Origin: Ramazzottius varieornatus
Taxonomy: Eukaryota > Animalia > Tardigrada
Assembly (NCBI GenBank): GCA_001949185.1
Contig: BDGG01000010.1
Span: 939,773-1,003,772, forward strand
Length of the DNA stretch: 64,000 bases
Reading direction: 5' to 3'
Positions within the stretch are counted from its first letter, which is position 1; each line of letters starts with the position of its first letter. A model generated the notes under the pieces. It made no database searches. It was given only the letters and a program-made list of their open reading frames with translations, and had not been told where the DNA came from. This document shows positions 41,807 to 55,222 of the stretch, in pieces. A program made the position numbers and the translations under genes.

Positions 41807-44800
41807 ATGTCGGAACAACTGGACCTCCTCTGCCTGGAAAACCTGGACGCTATGCAAGTTGTCAGCGGGCAGGTCAGCAGGCCCGACTCGGAGGCAGTGG
41901 TGGCCGTCCTGTTGAGCCATGAACGGGACTATTCCGTCGGGAATATCTACGGCAAACGGGCCGGTGACGCCGAGCCGTTTGCCACTACCGAAAGCCTGGT
42001 AGTCACATCCAGTATGCGCGAGATTCTTGGACAGTGGATGTGTCAAGTAAGTCTTGTTTTCAACGTTTTCCACAGCGTAAAGTCCTCCTTGTCATGTGTC
42101 CGGGCGGAATCTTTGCATCCGAGTTTCCGCGACCGGGCTTCGGGGATTTTGCGGAAGCCTCTCTTCCTTTTTCCACAAAACTAATCAACCGAAGTTTGCT
42201 CCATAATCTGGTGTCCATTCAACTAATCAAACAAGGATGGCTTTCTGTTTTTTCGCAGGTGTGTGTCTTTCGGGAAGCTGACGTTTACGCTACAGCCATC
42301 AACATAACGGACCGTTTCTTCTCCACACTCACCGTCACGTCGGAGCACCAAGTGCAACTTGTTGGAGCAGCCAGTGTTCACTTGGCGTCGAAGCTTCGCG
42401 AAACGGTGCCAATCTCTATCAAAGAAGCTCTGTACTATACAGACGACGCCTATACAACCCAAAACATCAAGGTATTGTGTGGCGCTTTTTCTTATCTAGC
42501 TAACCTTGATTCTCTGCAGCCGTTATGGCCTTTCTTTCTCGTTTCTTTCTTCTGCGGGCTCCACACCCCGAAGGACTTTCGTACTGACGATACAAGATGG
42601 ACCGAACAAGCCAGGGATCTTGGTCCGGTATCTAGGTCGTAGCTTCCGCTGTTGAAGGCCCAAGAGTGAAACCAACGAAGATTTTTTGGAACGAGGAGAT
42701 GCAATCGTGACCGCATCGCTCTTCGTGTTTTTCTCTCTTTATAGGCGAATCACATGCGAAATTCGGGAAGCAGAAAATCCCGAGGTGTGAGCATAAGAAT
42801 TAATTCAGATTGTTTTGCCCAAAGATCGACGCTAAATTGGTCGTTGTAACCAGCAGTCGCCTTCTCTTTTTCCCTTCCGCAGATTGAAGGTCGTGAAATG
42901 AATTCCAGAAAGGCAAAGGGCATCAAGCAAGGTTTGGTTTCGTAGTTTCTTTGTTGGACAGGGTACGAAATTTGTTTTCTTGATGAGATCAATGAGAAGC
43001 TATTTCAATAGTCGGGTCGATCGTTGAGAGAAAGAGGCGCCTCGACGCCGGTTGTAGGCTCGTTTGCTTCGTTTGCGGACATTGTGGTAGGGAAGGCGAA
43101 AAGTATCAGCTGATTGCAAATTACATGCCAGGAATGCAACGGCATCATTATATTGCGTGAGGAGGCTGAAGAGCAAGGCAGAAAAGTTAACAAAGAATGA
43201 GGAAGGGGTTCTCTCCCTTCGATAGCACAAGGAAAAGAAGGGAACGGCGTAATCCGACAGTAGCTTCCATTCAGAAGTTCTTATCTGACAAGTCAATATT
43301 ATAGAGGGGTAACATTAGCATGCTGGGATCGAGGCGAGGGAGATGAGATGCTCGACACCGATATCGAACAAAGGTCTGACCACACTACCTACTGTGGACC
43401 CAAGTTCCATCCGAGAAAATCTAGCTTTGTGCTCGGCGGAAACTTGGGCAGAAACGGTGGCGAAGTTTCTCGAGCTGTGAATACACACAAGGAGGCCTTG
43501 GGTAAACCCGGCCTTCAATGTTATCCTTTCGATAAGAAGCCAAGTGCGGTCTTTGCTGGGTAGTAAATTTCACACCAAGGGTCTGTATTTACCCCGTCGA
43601 ACTTCGCCCTAAATTTACTCGGCTGTTTGATTTCACACATCAAAGACAAAGCAGCCACAAAATACCAATTGGGAGCTCGGCGCACAAACTGAATCACATC
43701 GTTTTCCCAATTTGGCGCACGTCTTCGTTGGCATTGGCTGGCAGAGTGCGCCACTTGGAATACAATGCTAATTTTTGTTTCGGTTTTTCTTGCAAGGTGA
43801 AGTTCGAACTTCACTTTCGTGTTAGAGGAATGATTTGATACAATAATTACGTGAGGGATTTGCTTGGGAAAACATTTTCAGTGGAGTATTGACTCGAGGA
43901 TTGGACATGCAGTAGGTGACAAAAGTGAGCTAATAACAGCTGACGCCGGTCTGTCTTGAGATCTAATATCCCGTCTTTCTTTCTCGTCGTCAGGGTAATC
44001 AAGGAAGCAGGAAGATGGATGGTCAGATATACCCTAGAAGCTGTTCGGTCTTGGGTAATGCATGGGTAAATATTCCTGATCAACGGTGGTCCCTTCTTGT
44101 ATTGCGCAGTCCAGCAGAAGGATGGCGCAACACAAAAGTTTCATTAACCCGTTCCATTAAGGCCACTTTGTCGCAATGTTTAATTAGCATTGTGTCTCAC
44201 TGCTTCGGGCCAGTTCGGAGTTCCCTTCTCCGCTTCGAGTTGTGACATAACCGAGTAGGGATTAACCTGAAAATGTCTTGGGACAGTAGCAAAGCTCTTC
44301 AAGGCGTCCTAAATTGAAAGTAGCCTGGAACTTGTGTCTCTTGTCGTCCCTTCTGAAGGCACAACAATGGCTCCCTGTGGAAACATTGTCTTTGTTTGCT
44401 CCTCTCAAACTGCATGCTTTATGAGATTGCGTGGTTGTAATCTGTGGACCTTTTTGTATGCTTACAGGATATGGAGACCATCATACTTGCTGCTCTGCAC
44501 TTCGACCTGGTCTCCGTCACTCCCGGCCACTTTCTGGACGCATTCTTCAATATTCTCAACATTGGCATGGTTCACCGCGAACGACTGAAGGCGGATACGC
44601 TGAGAAGAATCAACATTTCACTGATCGGTAAGCGAGATAAAGTAACTTCCGGGTTGGATTCCCAATCAAAACAAATCCCGAAAATCGAAAGTTCTCCAGA
44701 TTTTTCTCTCAGAACCTACCATACCATAGTGTAGGTTCTACCTTGCAAAACCAAACCAATCAACTCAAGGGTAGTCAAATTTAGACTGCCCAGAACGAAA

Positions 44801-47800
44801 CTCCACAAAGAGATCGAAACATCCCAATCAAGACAATCAACAGGTTCATTTGCAAAGCTTGCAGACTATGACGAGACGCTGGTTGCATTGCTGCATAATC
44901 TACAGGAGCTTTCCAGCTGTTTTATCAGCCGCTATACTTTTATGGTTATTGTTTATGGAAGGTTGGCGAAAGTATTCTGGGTTAACCGGTGGAATTTCAG
45001 ACAGAGAAATCAGAGCGAAGGTTAACTGCCGATTGATGGGCTTTGTTCGTCCGATATGTGATGAAACTGGCCGATTCACCCGGCAGGTTTTGCGTCGCCG
45101 ATGGGTCGTGGCGCTTCCGTGGACGATAAAAGAAGAGAGTGATGAGGAAAAGATGACTTGGAATGAGCGGTGGGGAATGTTAGGCATGTCGAGCGCGGTG
45201 AGCTTCGATGTGGTCGGATAGGCGTCTTTTAGTCCATGGGAAGGTGATTCGCCTGGCGCTGCCATATTCCATTGCGTGAAACTCGAACGTTGGACCGATG
45301 ATCGATCTCTAGCCTTCTTTTATGTCGGCCACGCAAAAGTTGCAACAGCAGCTAACTGTTCCTCTCGAAAAAGAAAATAATTGCTCAAGCGCGCAAAAGT
45401 ATTTGCTCTCGCGCAATACGGTCATCATTCCGTCGTATAGTCACGAAAATATGTCCGCACAAATGTACATTTAAAAGCTTCCCACCATTACCTTTGCGTG
45501 AAATGAGCAGCGGAAGACACTTTTATTGTGGACTTTAAAAACAATCTCTTGAACAGTGGAGAAAAGTGGTGGTAGGTACTTGTTTGATTGGTTTGATAAA
45601 ACGGCACCACCTAATCAGCTGATCGATAATATGCACTGTTGTTGATCTTGATTGGTTTCTGGCCTCGAGGGCGCACAAGGTCAGGCGATCAGCTGATCGA
45701 CGACTTAGCCCTTCCGGCCAGCTACAGTGCGGATTGATTGGCTTGATAAGGCTTTGTGCACGTGCCAGGATGTCTGGCCTGGCTTGGCACCCTACTTTCA
45801 TCCATTGATTGATAAGCAAGCCTTATCAGTGGTGGGCGGGCACACAGTACGCTTGATTGCTGATTGGCCCGAGCCTTCATTCAGTAGTTTGATTGCTTGA
45901 ATGCAGCAAACCGGCAATCGCGACCAGCCGACCAGAAGCTCTTTGTTTTTGCTGTTTCATTAGCCTTCGAGGCTTCCAACTTCCGTTCGAAGTTCTTCAT
46001 TGAAATTTTCATTTCCAGTGTCTCTGGCGGCGGGAACTGACTAAGAGATAATGTGGCCGCAGACAGCTGTTTGAGTTACGGGGTGGAAGGTCTAGATGTC
46101 GCCGAGAATCAGGCAGTCACTGTTTGCTGTCTGTGGCTCCCCGACCCCGCAGTCAAAGCCGGCACTGTAGATATAAAGAAGCCCGCTTTACCGAACATTG
46201 TTGGGTCCCGATAAGGTCTTGTTGAAGGGTCAGTTTTATTGGTCGGAATGTGACGCGAACGTCAGGAGGGACCCTCGAAACTTATCCTCTATCCCGCTGG
46301 CGTCCTGTCTGGGGAGGTACCGGAGTGTACGGATTGTCTTCTTGCCCTTATTAGCTTTGCCGGCAGACTTATCGGTCTAAAACGTCGCGAAATCGTTTCT
46401 CACAGTTTTGAGGCCGAGTGTACTGTAAATCTTGAAAGCTGACGTCCATAAAGTCATAGTAATCAAAAGATAATCGAAGGCTCTTTAGAATCTGAAGGAG
46501 GTCGAATGGGCTATCAAGCTCGTTCCGATCTGGTTTAGAGTCATAAAAGAAGTATCAAATTTTCACTTCCTGGAAACTCGCTTTCCTTCTAGAACCTTTT
46601 TAAAAGTTTCTTTAGTTTGGCGCAGGTAAAGACGCTCCATTTCGCTTGGGAGGCTTGCCACAGATTCGAATAAAGGCATCTGTATCCGTCGGTGGCCATT
46701 GATATGCAGATCTTAAAGCCGGAAGCCATCAAATTGCTTGTAAAAGTTGGTGGAATGGGTATGGTAATGGGGCCTAATTTGATAATGATATGGGAGTATA
46801 GGTCAGGTGTAAAAGGCGACAAATTTAAAATGGTCCGCACGGCCATGGTCCAGTTCAACTGGACGCCCGGCTGGCAGCACACCTTTCCTCCTTTCATTCT
46901 CTTCAATAACGTTACGGAATTTATATTCCGTCGTGCGCTAGAAATGAATAGGCCATTACGGCTTCTTTTCCTCTTTATAGTACGTGAAATACCTTTGCCA
47001 GTGATGCGATATGAATAGTAAGTTCTTCGAGCATGATTAGCTACGGCAGCTGCTTCGCGGCGGATAATCATAACCTAACCCTTAAAGTGTACACGAGGAA
47101 GTGCGAGTGATGCGCAACACGTCGTCGTCACGACTGGATGAAGGAATAGAATTGGAAGATTCCGAGCTTCAAATGAGACTTGGCCGAATGGACGGAACCG
47201 GATCGTTTTCCAAGTGGCGCACATCTGTAATCAATAGCAATCGAGACATGCGCCAGTTGAAATGACGATCTGGTCCAGTTCATTGGCCTACCTAGCATAT
47301 CTCGAAAGACCCATGGGCTCCTGGACTTCTCATGCCTGAATGTACGGATTCTTGCGTTGCGAAGAACTTGGTGGACAAAGACTGGTGAAAGTCGAATGTC
47401 CAAAGGAGGAAGTGATGCGTGACACGATCTGGGGAATTTCTGAACGACTTTCAGAACGGATATTGATGACGCGCCTTGTTGTGGTAAATAAAGATCGGTG
47501 GTTGATTATCTTCCTACTGTATAGGCCGTTTACCCACACTAGTTTTGTGGGTTCGTTCGACTTTGTGAGGTTGTTGGAGCGATCGCCGATCGAGGAATCA
47601 AAAGACAAAGTCGAGTTCGATTCTCGAAGGCTCTTGCCAGAACATGTTAGCCCAGTTGCTGTGATGTAACGAAGAGATATTAAACACTTTATTGTCTTTG
47701 TTAGGGATGAGCGCAGTGGGGCATTTGTGCTACAGGAGGTCCAGACTCATTGGAGATTGGAGCTGCTCATTTCTCAAGATAGTGGTAATTGCCTCCATGG

Positions 47801-49639
47801 AGCTCCTAGATGGCTCATGGCTGTCATGAGCTCACAGGGAACCGCGCAACACTCATTGCGCCATTCCGCGCTTGATTGCCCTTCTTGGTGGGCAGAGGAA
47901 TCCTTCTTGGAAAGTAAGACGGCTTCTCGCTTCCTTGATGACTTTTAAGACTCTAGATGGCGATTGTTTTAAGACTTAAGAAGATCTGCCTGGTTAGCGA
48001 ACCTTTGTCCACGTTTGTTAGAGGCTTGAAAGGTGTCTGGTCAGATTTGATCGAGCGAAACGATGAGACGGCTTCGCGCAAGAATGATAGTCGGCTTTGG
48101 CAAGACTTGTTTCTTGGTAGCGCTGTAGGAAGGCTAAAGAAGCGGAAGGGCTCTAATTGATGGGTATTCATTACTGGTCGATAATGAAGGAGTGTGTGTG
48201 GGGGTGTGTTTCACCGTGAAGATGTTTTTGTTGAAATATGCCGGAATAACGTTTGGCTAAATGGCAGAAAAATGAGAGGCACTTATTAGTCTTGTAGATG
48301 GTACGAATAATGGCTGATTAATGGAGCTGAGGCTGTACGGCAGTTGCCGGCTTTCTCCGTCAGGGCTGATCGGTGATCGAACAAATTTTTCTCGCACGCA
48401 CGGTGAAGAAGATTACACGGGTAGGAAACTTCTCCTGATTACCGCTTTCCTGCAGTGGGTAGCTTGGTTCCTCTTTGAATTGTGTCGGTAGGTTAATTTT
48501 GGTGGAATGGAAGGGAATTCCGAATGGGTGAGGTGACAAAAAATCCGTGGGAAGTGTTAAACGGATGGTGTTTAGCGGTCGGCAATTACGGCATCTTCGT
48601 GTAATTTTCTCTCGAATGAATGGTCCTATCGCCAGTTCTCGTTCCCGAGATCTTGTCATGTCTCTTGCAACCAAGAACTGCAGAAGAAAAAAATCACCCG
48701 TTTGGATATGACGAACCTGCGTAAAAGATTATATTTGCAAGATGGGAAGCTAGCAAACGAAACTTACAGGATCTTTATCCTAAGTGGCGCACATTTCTAG
48801 CTAATCACAATAAAGGTGTGCGCCACTTGACATAGCGATCTTGTATGTTTCGTTTGCCGGCCTCTCAGACGATGTGGGAATATGGTCCTTCTTGTCCTGG
48901 GTGGTTTGTACTGACCAAAGTGTTCTTGTTTTTGTAGTGCCTGATATTCTGGTCTTTCAACCCTCGTCGATTGCTGCCGCCTGTCTGGTTGCGTCGCTTT
49001 CAGCAGCCGGCCATCCCATCGATGGAATGCTGTTACAGCGCCTGTGTAAAATTATCCGCTGTGAAGAGGTAAGAAAGACATAATCACCCCTTTTTGCTTC
49101 TCCTCATCCTTGTTATGTCTATTTTCCTTGAGAGATTCGCCGGCTGAAGATAAGCTAAAGTCATTCCTCCCAGCAGGAGACCCAATGAGAGACACTTCGA
49201 TTAAGATCTGTTGTTCTTGTTGCAGAATCAACTGATCGTATGCGCCAACCAGACCAATGACGCATGGTCCAAACACCGCTCGGAAGTCTACGAGCTGAGC
49301 TCCAGCAAGAGCGAACGCATCCCGGCCTCGGACGACAGCGACCTCGAAGAGATGGAGTTTGAAGAGGAAGAGGAGGAAGCAGACGAAGACAGTGACATGG
49401 AAGAGGATGAAGGTTTGGTCTTTGACTGTGACGAGATGGACGATGAGAACGAGGAGGAAGATGAAGAAGAGGAGGACGAAGAGATTGAAGAGAAGATTCC
49501 TCTTCAAGCAGTGCATGTGACGAACGTGCAAGAGTACTTGATCGATAGCGACTCGGGTATACAAGCTGATGAGAACTCTAACTCGTCGAGCTTTCAGTTC
49601 GCTATGATGGCTTCTGAGTACTACGAAGACGAAGAGTAG
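41807..49639 (+). CDS. CycD: G1/S cyclin D, five coding exons with ~2-kb and ~4.3-kb introns
   Basis: N-terminal LxCxE (LLCLE). Cyclin box MREILGQWMCQV...AINITDRFFS...QLVGAASVHLASKLRETVPIS. METIILAALHFDLVSVTPGHFL; PSSIAAACL. Acidic tail; TAG ending 49639. Confidence 0.9.
43710..43756. repeat. Palindromic N25 element in a cyclin D intron
   Basis: ggcgcac 43714-43720, 25-bp spacer containing attggct, gtgcgccactt 43746-43756. Confidence 0.85.
45580..45900. promoter_or_regulatory. Candidate intronic enhancer (clustered TGATTGG, TGATTGAT, TGATAAG and CAGCTG motifs)
   Basis: Repeated motifs within ~320 bp of the long cyclin D intron; function inferred. Confidence 0.35.
47212..47258. repeat. Palindromic N25 element in a cyclin D intron
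   Basis: aagtggcgcac 47212-47222, 25-bp spacer, atgcgccagtt 47248-47258. Confidence 0.8.
48782..48828. repeat. Palindromic N25 element in a cyclin D intron (perfect 11-bp arms)
   Basis: aagtggcgcac 48782-48792, 25-bp spacer, gtgcgccactt 48818-48828. Confidence 0.9.
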
Positions 49640-50277
49640 AGAAGACCCTTTTTCTGTTAAAGTGTTTCTAAAGCAGGAAAGTGAATGAGGGAAGGTTTCT
49701 GATGAAAGGGAAAAGACGAAGAAGAAGATGAGATGCAAGTGTTTAATTTAGTATTATTATTTGGTTACGTTGAATATGTTGTTTTTGAGTTCCGAGAAAA
49801 GTCTGTTTTGGAAAGACTTTTTGACGGATCGTTTTTTGGTGAGTTTACAGCCATGGTTGCTCTTCCTTCAGTTTTTGACCACATGCGAGATGAAGATGAT
49901 GTGGTGGTGATATTTCAGCCAAATTCCCTGGCGTGATATAACCTGTCCCAAGCAGCCAACTTTGAGTTTGTGTCTTTTGTTCTCTCTCCCATTCCCCCTC
50001 AAACCGAAAAATTGTGATATACAAAAAAATCCTGAATTTCTGTAGCACTACTCTGCATTTCATTTGTAGAAAGCTTTTTGCCGGCTGTATACAGCAAACA
50101 CACCCCCTTTCTTGAATTTAAATTATTCGTCTGCTGTCCGTTTTCGTAGGTTGTATTCGATGCTTTGTTCTTTAGAGAGTAATAAAAAGACAAAATTCGA
50201 AACTCATGTTTCGTTCGAAGACGCTTGTACAGTATGGAAAATACTGGTTGGCCTAACGGCCAAAACAAAACAAAAAT

Positions 50278-50349
50278 AGCCCACACCGAGGATCGAACTC
50301 GGGACCCTCAGTTTACAAGACTGATGCTCTACCACTGAGCCATACGGGC
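50278..50349 (-). tRNA. tRNA-Thr (anticodon UGU)
   Basis: GCCCGTATGGCTCAGTGGTAGAGCA-TCAGT-CTTGTAA-ACTGA-GGGTCCCGAGTTCGATCCTCGGTGTGGGC folds as a cloverleaf, with A and B boxes and a downstream T-run. Confidence 0.93.
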
Positions 50350-51167
50350 CTAGTTGGCCGTCGAAGAGAAACTATAGCTGCAAGGTAAATGACAGCGGGA
50401 ATCTCGAATGACTATTACTGTTTCGCGCATGTCGATAAGCAGTATCCGATTCGCTATTCATAATATTCAAGAGCCCTGCTGACTGGAACGCAGAGTAAGG
50501 CAGTAGCTAAATATTCTCGTAAGACCAAAGGAAGATTTCGGTTCAGTGAGCCATGAAGGAGTTCGATCTACAAAGGAACTTCCGGCTCGAAGACTGTGGG
50601 CATGTTGTAGTGTGGCTGGCCGAATCCGTTCAAGGCTTCGTCGAAATTACTTTGTTCCAAGTATGGGTTATGGGACTGGGTCAAGCAGTGATCGAGACAA
50701 ATTTCATCAACAGCTAAAAGACATAAAACAAATTAAAAACGATCAGATCCCCATCCCCAACGTCAGCACTGACGTTGGTATCTCGCGTCAACAATACAAA
50801 AAAGACTAAACGTAAGTACGACAACGTGCTCATGGTGCGTCGCTCTTCGACACTGAAACGGGCGAGGAACAAAATACATTACGAACGCCGAAAAAACACT
50901 TACAAAAATACTCAAGAAATTCAGAGGCGAAGAAATAAAAAATCTAATGGTGCGTGAAGATCTGCCAGCTGATTCAGATGGATTTACTCACAGTCATCTT
51001 CAGAAAGTGTCAAAAAGGAAAAAGTTTTAAGTCGATCGGGAAATTTCTCGCGGGTGTCTCTGTTCTGTACATTTCTTCCCCGGGAATGTTTCTACTTTCA
51101 CACCTGCAAAGCAACAAAAAATCATGGCTGAAATGTCTTGATCTCCGGAAGACCAACTGCTATATCT

Positions 51168-53373
51168 TCAAGTCGGGTTGCTTTTCAGGATGACAGGAAA
51201 AGGATCCACTTTGGTCGTCATCCCGTCTTTGATAGGGAGGAGCTTTCGTAGCGCGGCATTCTCCAGCTTCAGATCAGAGTTTTCCTTCTGAAGCTTGTTG
51301 ACGACCTCTTGACTGATGGCAGCTAGTTCCTGGTGGCGCTTCTCCATCACGCGGATCTTTTCCACCAGAATGTCGTTCTGTTCTTCCAGGGAGACTTGTC
51401 GGGCCTTTCGCTTCAGCCGACACTTTTCGGCAGCCACCCGGTTCCGACGTCTCTTGTCAGCCAGCACTGGATCGTCAGTGTCAAGGATAGGGCGGGAACG
51501 CTTGTTGGCTGAGCTGACACTGGCGGAGATCTCCGAAGAGACTACCGAGATTGAGTCGGAGTTTTCGGACAGCAGCTCGTCGATCTTTCGCTTTGGTCGA
51601 CCACCCTTCTTCTTCGGCTTGTCCGACTGTAGAACGGCTGTGAAACATAAACTAATGTAAGCAAACTGCGCATCGAAATGTCTGTCTTGTACTCAGCGCC
51701 CCAGACTCCCAGCCAATTTTGCCCTTTTTCGACGGAAAACGCTGACAAGGCCGTGCCCGGCACTATCTTGAAAGGCCAGTTCGTAGAAAGAAGGCAGAAT
51801 CGACTCGTCAACACTGGGCTGGGTGAATATTCTTGAATGTGCTGTTTGAACTATGTTTCTTACTTGGGTTACTGGAAGCCTCCGACATAGGTGTGACAGA
51901 GTCACGGAGATCGGTCGGATAGGGCGATGCCCACATGTCTTGCAACTGAGCCAGCTGCGACTCGATGTAGGCGGGTGGAAGACTGGGCGCCTGCATCAGG
52001 TTGAACGGGAAGCCATTGTGGAACCCGTTCTCCGTGACCGGTGACGTGGGGATCAGCCCACCTCCTGCCTGAGCGAACGCCTGCGTCCCCAATGGCTAGA
52101 AACATAAAGCACTAATCAGAAAAATATGAAATGGCAGGAGTTTTTCGCTGTCGATTTCCTCCAGTTATTTCACTCTAGTACCTGGACTGTGGTCGGTGAG
52201 CTAGGCATGGAGAACATGAAAGGGTTGCCCATGCCATTGGCGCCGTTGAGCATAGGCAGTAGCTGCTGTAGCGGACTGAGGGGAAGTACGGGCGAGTGGA
52301 CGAACATACCTTCCGGCGTGACATGTGTGTAGAAGAATGCACCTGGCGACTTTGGCAGTGAGGTAAAGACAGGTAGGGTCGTGGGCCGGGTTTCTGCTGC
52401 TCCCGAAAAGCCACCGGAAGTGGAGTTTTCCTCCTGGGCCGGAGCTGGAGCGGTAGAGTCGGGGGCGACGGCAGCAGTGGGTCGAGGAGCTGGGTTGAGG
52501 ATTCGAGGCGACAGACCAGGTTTCCTCTTGTGTGGGCTGTTAGACTGCAAACCTCCTTGAGACCTTAAAAGAGATGATGAATAGGGAAGATCGGACTCTA
52601 CGTGAGATCGACCTCCGAAACGAATAAAGCGATAAGACGGTTAAAGTCCGTAAGGAAGAACAAAATTCCAGAAAGGTTTCTACGCAGCACGGCCCTTATA
52701 ACATGTACCGTCCCGTGCCTCACACCCCGTTAGTCTGGGGGACCGCAGCACGGCACCAGTCTTAAGCAAAGGCTGTGCCGAAGCGATCTCCTTCAGCCAT
52801 CGATTTATTTTGAAGACTAGAAAAAATCATCCTTTGATTCCTTTTCGACACGCTTTACCAGAGCGCCTAGATTTTCTCAATTTCAAGAACTTCAAGAGCA
52901 AAAGAGCAAGCAAGAACCTAACAGGCGTCGACATCGTACCGTAGAGCTTCGTTGAGGGGATTCATCCCCAAAGTGGAGCGGAAGCCGTCCTCGAAGACCG
53001 AAGGCGTGAGGCCATACTCCGCCATCATCTGATCGTCCATCTTGGGCAGTCCCGACAGGAGATCCACATCACCGTGGAGCTTGGTAGGTGAGGTAGAGCT
53101 GGTGCTGGACGTGTCGGCACCAGGAGTAACGGCGCTTTCATCCGCGTGGTCCTTCTTCTTTGCGTCGCTTGATGCGGAGAAGACGAAGGGGTTGCTGGGT
53201 TGTCGAGACCGGTTGGCACTTCCGATGTCCAGCGAGACTTTCCTTGGCTGTCCGTGCTCCTTGTGCTCATGATGGTCGGCTTTCAGCTTGCTAGCAAAGG
53301 CCTTCTGACAGATACGGCATTGGTAAGGCTTTTGGCTGGGGCTGTTTGGCGATTCCAGCTCAGAAGCAATCAT
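51168..53373 (-). CDS. C2H2 zinc finger + bZIP transcription factor, ATF2/ATF7/CREB5-like
   Basis: N-terminal KPYQCRICQKAFASKLKADHHEHKEH, then LTPS...NPLNEALR. C-terminal bZIP KRRRNRVAAEKCRLKRK followed by heptads. 3' end approximate. Confidence 0.75.
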
Positions 53374-54637
53374 TATTGCACGTGGGCACCTGGAAATTAC
53401 GCAAAATATCCGCGGATGTAGCTACTTATACTTGTCGAGTCCTGGTGCGTAAACGGATATGATTTACAAACTTGTACGCAGGTAAGAAATTTGATAAGCG
53501 CTATCGGATGGAAGATTTTAGCAAGATGAATAGTGCAGTCAAAGTTTTCTTTTCAAGTCGCCTGTCAGTCTTCAGACTTGCAGCGATGGAACAGAGAGCG
53601 TCACGTGTGTGAGTTACGTTTCTGGCTTGCGATGGGGAGAAAGTGAACAGGGTGGATGTTCCGATGTGGCCTGAGTGGCTAAACTCGGCGGTGTACCACG
53701 TGGCGCCTGTAACTGCTTTGTACTTTCTTTGACGCAGACCGGCAAGGTGAAGAAACCGCGGCGTGAGCGATGATGTCATTCCGGTATTCGTGCCAGAGAT
53801 CTGCTATGGCTCGTAGATGTACGAGTACTCTGCTCTCGTTGTGGAACTTGTAAAGCGTCACAGTAGATTTTGAGCAAAAATAGTAGGCGTCAGCATCAAT
53901 CTATTTTCAATCTATTTTCAAAACTTCTCGTGGTAAAAGTCTGGTGTGCAGTTCGTGTTACACGTGAAGGCCATGAATACTACTACAGACTACAGAGCTC
54001 AGAAACGGAAACGGTGCGCACTAGTATTTAATGGTTGTTAATCAGGCCCTTTGAAGCGAGGCCCTTTTTAGTCTGTCGAGATTTCAATGGACGATCAGAT
54101 TGTTCGAGCTTTCAGATATCGCAACCTCTACTGAAAACAAGTGCGCAACTTGATCCAAGTAGCAAAAGTTTTTACTCGCAACACTTGTGCTTCTCTGCTT
54201 CTGCTCGGTCTTCCCAGTGGTCAGAACCACTAGCTAGTAAATAAGAGTGGAACTCACCAAACACTTTTTTCAAGAAGGGTTTCATCTTCACTAAAGCTCG
54301 AATGAACCTAGGTGCGGCTTTGCGGACCATGCGGAGTATAGACAGTTTTGCAGGTGTGGTCTTCAGGTCGCTGTTTTCTGACGACGCACGGTACACGTAC
54401 TCGCACCGGCATTTTCGAAGAGCCAAGTTTGCCATATCGAAAAAGCATCTAGTTCTGGGGTGCTTTCTGCTCCGAGCTACTACACGGTCTGCACCTTACG
54501 ACGGCGCTACTGTTTCTGTGGCGAAAGGTAGAACACCTTAAGCCTTAAGGCACTCTTCATGGAAAACTACCGAACCAAACGGAGAAAAATTCGAGATCCT
54601 CGTCACGAAGATCCATCGAAGATTAGGAAGAAATAGT

Positions 54638-55013
54638 CAGGGACCCATACGAGTAAACCCCATTCCGAACAAAACACCATATGGCACGCCATACCCATTC
54701 CAAACCAATCAGCTGTTTCGATGCCAAACGCACTCTGGCCAGACAGACCCATTCCATGCAGTGATTCCATTCCATGAGGCATGAAGCATTATAGAGTTTT
54801 CGAGGACAGATCTGGTCTCATAAAAAGCCGGTCTCATCTTACGGTCTCATGTTTCGCCGAACTGTTGGCCAGCTTGAACGCTGTGAACCGTCGCTATTGG
54901 CCGACTCGGAATCCGAGACCCAAATTCTGAGGTCAGGCCTGGTTGATCTGATCAAAATTTCAAATTTTTGATGAGACCGGTTTCCGAGACCATTCCATGG
55001 TTTATAACCCCTA
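54638..55013. repeat. Probable MITE remnants (CCATTCC and GGTCTCAT/GAGACC short repeats)
   Basis: Multiple ccattcc at 54660-54775. ggtctcat x3 at ~54813-54850 with inverted gagacc copies at ~54915-54990. No clean TSD. Confidence 0.4.
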
Positions 55014-55222
55014 ACTTTCGTACTAATTTACCGAAATACCAGATCATACATATAACACCCGGGAAATAGAACGCTACAAGGGCGGTGGTTGGCTTCTTGG
55101 AATACCGCGAGGTAAACCAATTAAATTTTCACGTCGCCATTCTTACTTTTGTGCAACGCTTCCCCAGCATCAAACGTAGTGGAGTTTTCTGTTCAATAAT
55201 ACTTCTCACAGATGAAGGAAGG

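Noticed and set aside
49052-49738. Hydrophobic 228-aa minus-strand ORF resembling a membrane protein
   Set aside because: Antisense shadow of the GAA/GAG-rich acidic cyclin D exon
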